Source: Tubulanus polymorphus
Lineage: Eukaryota; Animalia; Nemertea
Length of the DNA: 64,000 nucleotides
Reading direction: 5' to 3'
Assembly: GCF_964204645.1 (NCBI RefSeq)
Contig: NC_134028.1
Location: 27,028,345 to 27,092,344, forward strand
Below the pieces are notes generated by a model. That model made no database searches and was not told the origin of the DNA. It saw nothing but the letters and a program-made list of their open reading frames with translations. Shown piece after piece: positions 60,901 through 64,000 of this stretch; positions within the stretch are counted from its first letter, which is position 1, and each line of letters opens with the position of its first letter. The position numbers and the translations under genes are program-made.

Positions 60901-63880
60901 TCAGCCGTTGCAAAATGTTTTTTGATAATTTTAGGACACTTATAGTGATTTCTAGCCTTTGTAGTAAGGTTTTATCATATCCAACGTAACGTTAGATTAT
61001 CATATTTAAAGGATTACGCGTGAAGATATATAGTAAGTAAAATATCGCTCATTGAAAACTTGAAGCGAGAGATTTTCATTGCAAATGAACTAGAGCATGG
61101 CGGATTTAGGTTCAAATTTCCGGTTCTGACTAGCGCCATCAAACGAGTAATTCAAGAACTTGAATTTGTCAATATCCCGTATTGGTTCTTGGTATTATAT
61201 TATTCATTGTCAATGTACGTGTTATTTTTCTTCAAGGCATCAATAAACTGTCAAGTCAGTTTTCCTGTCTATTTTTCATTACCTGTTTTTTCATATTCAA
61301 CTGTCGTTCAGCCTCTGAATTCTGATTTGTATCGTTACCAGTCACTGGAGGCGTATCTTCATAAACGAGATTAACATCTATTATACACAATATATTTGTG
61401 GTTACGAAGGATGCACGATTAAGGTTCCTACGACTTTACCTTCTTCTTGGTTGACCTGCGAAGCAAATGCCATCCAGACTTGTGCTGCAGCCTGTGGTGG
61501 TAGTCCAGCTGCAGGGTTTGCATTAGGATTCGCGAGCATCAGATTCATTTCTTCCAAATTTGTTTTCGGTGGATAAACCTTAGGAATAAAATTCATCGAG
61601 TATCATTAAAAGAACACAGAAAAATCCTTCTGAAATGTTTTCATTATATAGTTAATTGTTTATTCGAAGTTCTGACTTGATCCCGATGTGATACAAACAC
61701 GGGGAATGTATTCTATATTATATCAAATCTTGTTACTATAAATCAATCACTTTTCACGGGTTTTTTTTCTCAGAATTTTCTGTTACAGAATAAGTATTGC
61801 TGAAGATGACTATCAAGATACAGTCGAAACGTCGAATAAATTACTGGCGCAATGAAACACATTTCCTACTCTTTATCTGTATAATTATATCCTAGCATTA
61901 CAACACTGTCAAACAATGATTAAGGTTCTTTTTGAAAATTTACCTTGATTTTAGCGACTTCAATTTGCGTGAATGAATTTGCCCCGTCGATTGTTTTCAA
62001 ATACAACGTTAAATTGAAACCATTATTCTCAAAACCAGATGGGAAAATACTGCGTCTGGAGAACTGTGGATCTTGATCTGTATTAAAATGATTATATATC
62101 TCACGTAAATATTTCACAGATTCCTGACAAACAGGTTCCCGATTATCTATCAACTTATCTGGTATTACGCACACGTATCACCGGAGTCTATAGTTGCACG
62201 GTCACGACTTGTGGTATAAATCTTAAGACTTGATTACAAAAGTGTCCTTAGACCATAAGAATGAAGTTGTTGTATTAGTTACGTAACAAAGATGATCTCA
62301 GACTGGTATCCGATTGGTTATAGAACCAGAATGAACTGAGACTGATTTCAGCTGTTAGATTGGTTATAGAACCAGAGACTTGCCTTAAGTTGTTAGATTG
62401 GCCATAATGGAACCGAAATGAGCTTAGACTGATTTCATAGCCTTCAGTGCAACTGGCCCTAGATTATTTTGCAAGTTAATCAGGTCGTTCAGGCCGTTTA
62501 TACTTACTCGCGTCAAACCAAGAGATATCTGTCAGTGATCCGGTAGAACTGTAACCGAATTCAAACTTCAAAGGTAAATCTACATCATACATCCCGGAGC
62601 ATTCCATGTTGAATCTAGTTTCAAGAGCGGTTCCGTTTTCCGGTGTCACCGTACACGTCGTATTATCTACGTTCGGCGGAGCGTTAATCATTAACGGGTA
62701 ATATATCAGAGCTAGAAAAATAATTACCGAAAATTGATAGAAAAAAATCATTTAATTTTCAGATGAAGCGGCATAATGAAACAATAGTATCCTGTAATCT
62801 GTCCAGGTGCAATAGTGATATTCGAGAAAATTTTAAAAAAAACGAGATCAAAAGGATTTCTGTGAGATCCAACAGGAATTGAAGATAACTATATTAGGAT
62901 ATATTCTCGTTTTGAAATAAACTACTAAAAACCCATAGAAACATTGAAGTCGCTGAATTCAGTGGTATACGCCCTTCGTTTTATAAAATTCGTTTTAGAT
63001 TTAATTTCTAAATCGTATTTTCTGGTTAAGTGTTTTATTACCGTTCGCCTCTTCAGCGCCTTCCCGGTAACAGTTCAAACGCAACATGAAATATCTATTG
63101 TAATCTTCAGCGATGAAGTAGTTTTCGTTGAGACTCAAATCAGCTCCGACGAGTCCAGTGCTTGCTTTATCGCTCCACAGAGATCGCGGTATCGTGAAGT
63201 TATCCGCGTAAAGATACGAGAAATCAGCGTCATAATGTAACAAATCCCACCTGTATAAAACCAGTTGAAATACGTAGATGATTTTAATGAACATGTTGAG
63301 GTAACTACAAACAGAACCTCGGATGAAACGTATGCAAAAAATCATTTCAATTAAACCGCGCGCATACGGACATTATTTCTGCAATGAGTATCCCAAATAT
63401 TGGTCGGACCGCCGGACCCGGCAACCTGTCCCTCGATTATTCGGAAATCAATTTTTACTACTTTCCAGTCCACTGCGGGTTTTCGTAGGTTGCCAACAGT
63501 TCACAATTTGTAAAACGGATATAGCGGCAATTAAACCTATTTCTTTCTATAATGGGTCTGGTGCAGATAAACCTCGACTATTAGACCCTCAGTTCGGATA
63601 AGGGTTAGAACACACACGCACACATATATTTACGGAATTGCCAAGTGAATGAAATTTAGTAGTGATTTTCAAGAGGTAATTTATCTTATTGGAATTATCC
63701 ACGCTTTCCGAAAGCTTTGATTTATCAATTCGTTTGACTCTCCACAGACGACACACTTACCCGTATATATAATTGATTCCACCGACGCGACCTTTGACGA
63801 CACTTCTCACAGAAAACCGACTAACTGGATTCAACTTTGTGATCATTTCTGATTTGTCTTCGAAACAGTTCGTCACGCAT
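45976..63880 (-). CDS. Polycystin-1-like (PKD1L/REJ family) protein, 5'-partial
   Basis: More than 30 exons. REJ (63761-63880 CVTNC..NP; about 62508-62710 CTVTPENGTALETRF); GAIN (58128-58282, 57633-57739, 56662-57269); GPS (CRYWSDEDDRWSSEGCR / TQCFCNHLTSF); TM1; PLAT (MYEITVYTG, 54704-54860, 54071-54203 WHDNSG..CDRWLAVEEDDG); DDHLWFSV..FTRVQRL; YSGGGYVADLG..WIDRYTRAVFVEF; channel TMs KILKLLRFNKK and GPVFFFFF..LMNFFISVI; last exons 46403-46586 and 45976-46157 (TAG). Paralog identity cannot be assigned by eye. Confidence 0.93.
48227..48433. mobile_element. MITE-like element
   Basis: Termini GGTGCCAAAACA ... TGTTTTGACACC with internal GCCAAAA/TTTTGGC motifs. Confidence 0.45.
49305..49482. repeat. 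Degenerate repeat of ATTTTACC(C/T)GATTTAT units
   Basis: Repeated motif with a roughly 60-bp higher-order duplication. Confidence 0.75.
51900..52062 (+). mobile_element. 3' end fragment of a CR1/L2-like LINE
   Basis: Ends AAATAAATTTGAATTTGAACTTGAACTTGA; the same tail occurs in reverse at 25754-25778. 5' boundary uncertain. Confidence 0.45.
53089..53963. repeat. 49-54-bp satellite, about 17 copies, intronic
   Basis: Unit GAGTTGAGAATCAGGGAACTCG(C/G)TAGCG(CG)TTGGGACTGCAGTATTTCAC(A/C/T) and a longer variant ...TTGAGACTGCTGTAAATATTTCACT. Confidence 0.95.
56455..56589. mobile_element. 135-bp MITE, 15-bp TIR, 3-bp TSD
   Basis: atg|AGCCGCGATCACACG ... CGTGTGATCGCGGCT|atg. Confidence 0.7.
59073..59111 (-). 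ncRNA. Degenerate minimal hammerhead-like motif
   Basis: Minus strand ATTC-CTGATGA-TGACTGTAGTAATAC-GAAACGTC-TAAT; stem II is disrupted. Confidence 0.35.
60359..61179. mobile_element. Non-autonomous DNA transposon with about 180-bp TIRs and TA flanks
   Basis: 60359-60541 is the inverted copy of 60998-61179: ta|CGGGATATCGACAAATTCAAGTTCTTGAATTACTCG ... CGAGTAATTCAAGAACTTGAATTTGTCAATATCCCG|ta. Confidence 0.85.
61795..61838 (+). ncRNA. Minimal type I hammerhead ribozyme-like motif (Penelope/retrozyme type)
   Basis: TATTG-CTGAAGA-T-GACT-atcaagatac-AGTC-GAAA-CG-TC-GAATA: catalytic core boxes, 4-bp stem II, minimal stem III, stem I with a G-G mismatch next to the core. Confidence 0.55.
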
Positions 63881-64000
63881 CTGATGTGGAAGAAAACTCG
63901 GTTGAAAAAGGGCAAATTAACGGCTGAGGTTGTCGATTATAAAATAAAGCCGGTTCCGATAATTCGTAGTTTGATCAACTCCTGATATCTTTATTTTTTT

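Overview
Eukaryotic, intron-rich, AT-rich animal DNA, most consistent with a marine invertebrate bilaterian (taxon inferred, not shown). Six protein-coding genes can be traced by hand through phase-consistent splice sites: (1) a CCDC154-like coiled-coil gene (-, 1136-23160) with two candidate first exons, two candidate 3' ends and a 3,615-nt in-frame cassette exon; (2) FADD-like DED+DD adaptor (+, 26998-28130); (3) ASPSCR1/TUG (-, 30879-39681); (4) an intronless class A GPCR nested antisense in a TUG intron (+, 36262-37452); (5) OGFOD3 (+, 41595-44330); (6) the 3' part of a polycystin-1-like REJ/GPS/PLAT/channel gene (-, 45976 to beyond the window). Introns contain many minisatellites, tRNA-derived SINEs, MITEs and two degenerate hammerhead-like motifs. 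The strongest candidate novelty is the giant CCDC154 exon: a disordered 1,205-aa insert with 7 exact TQT motifs, 4 D[KR][AV]CSP motifs (candidate multivalent dynein light chain LC8 platform) and a 15x Cys/RGG repeat. All gene models are manual and lack transcript support; family names come from recalled motifs, not database searches.
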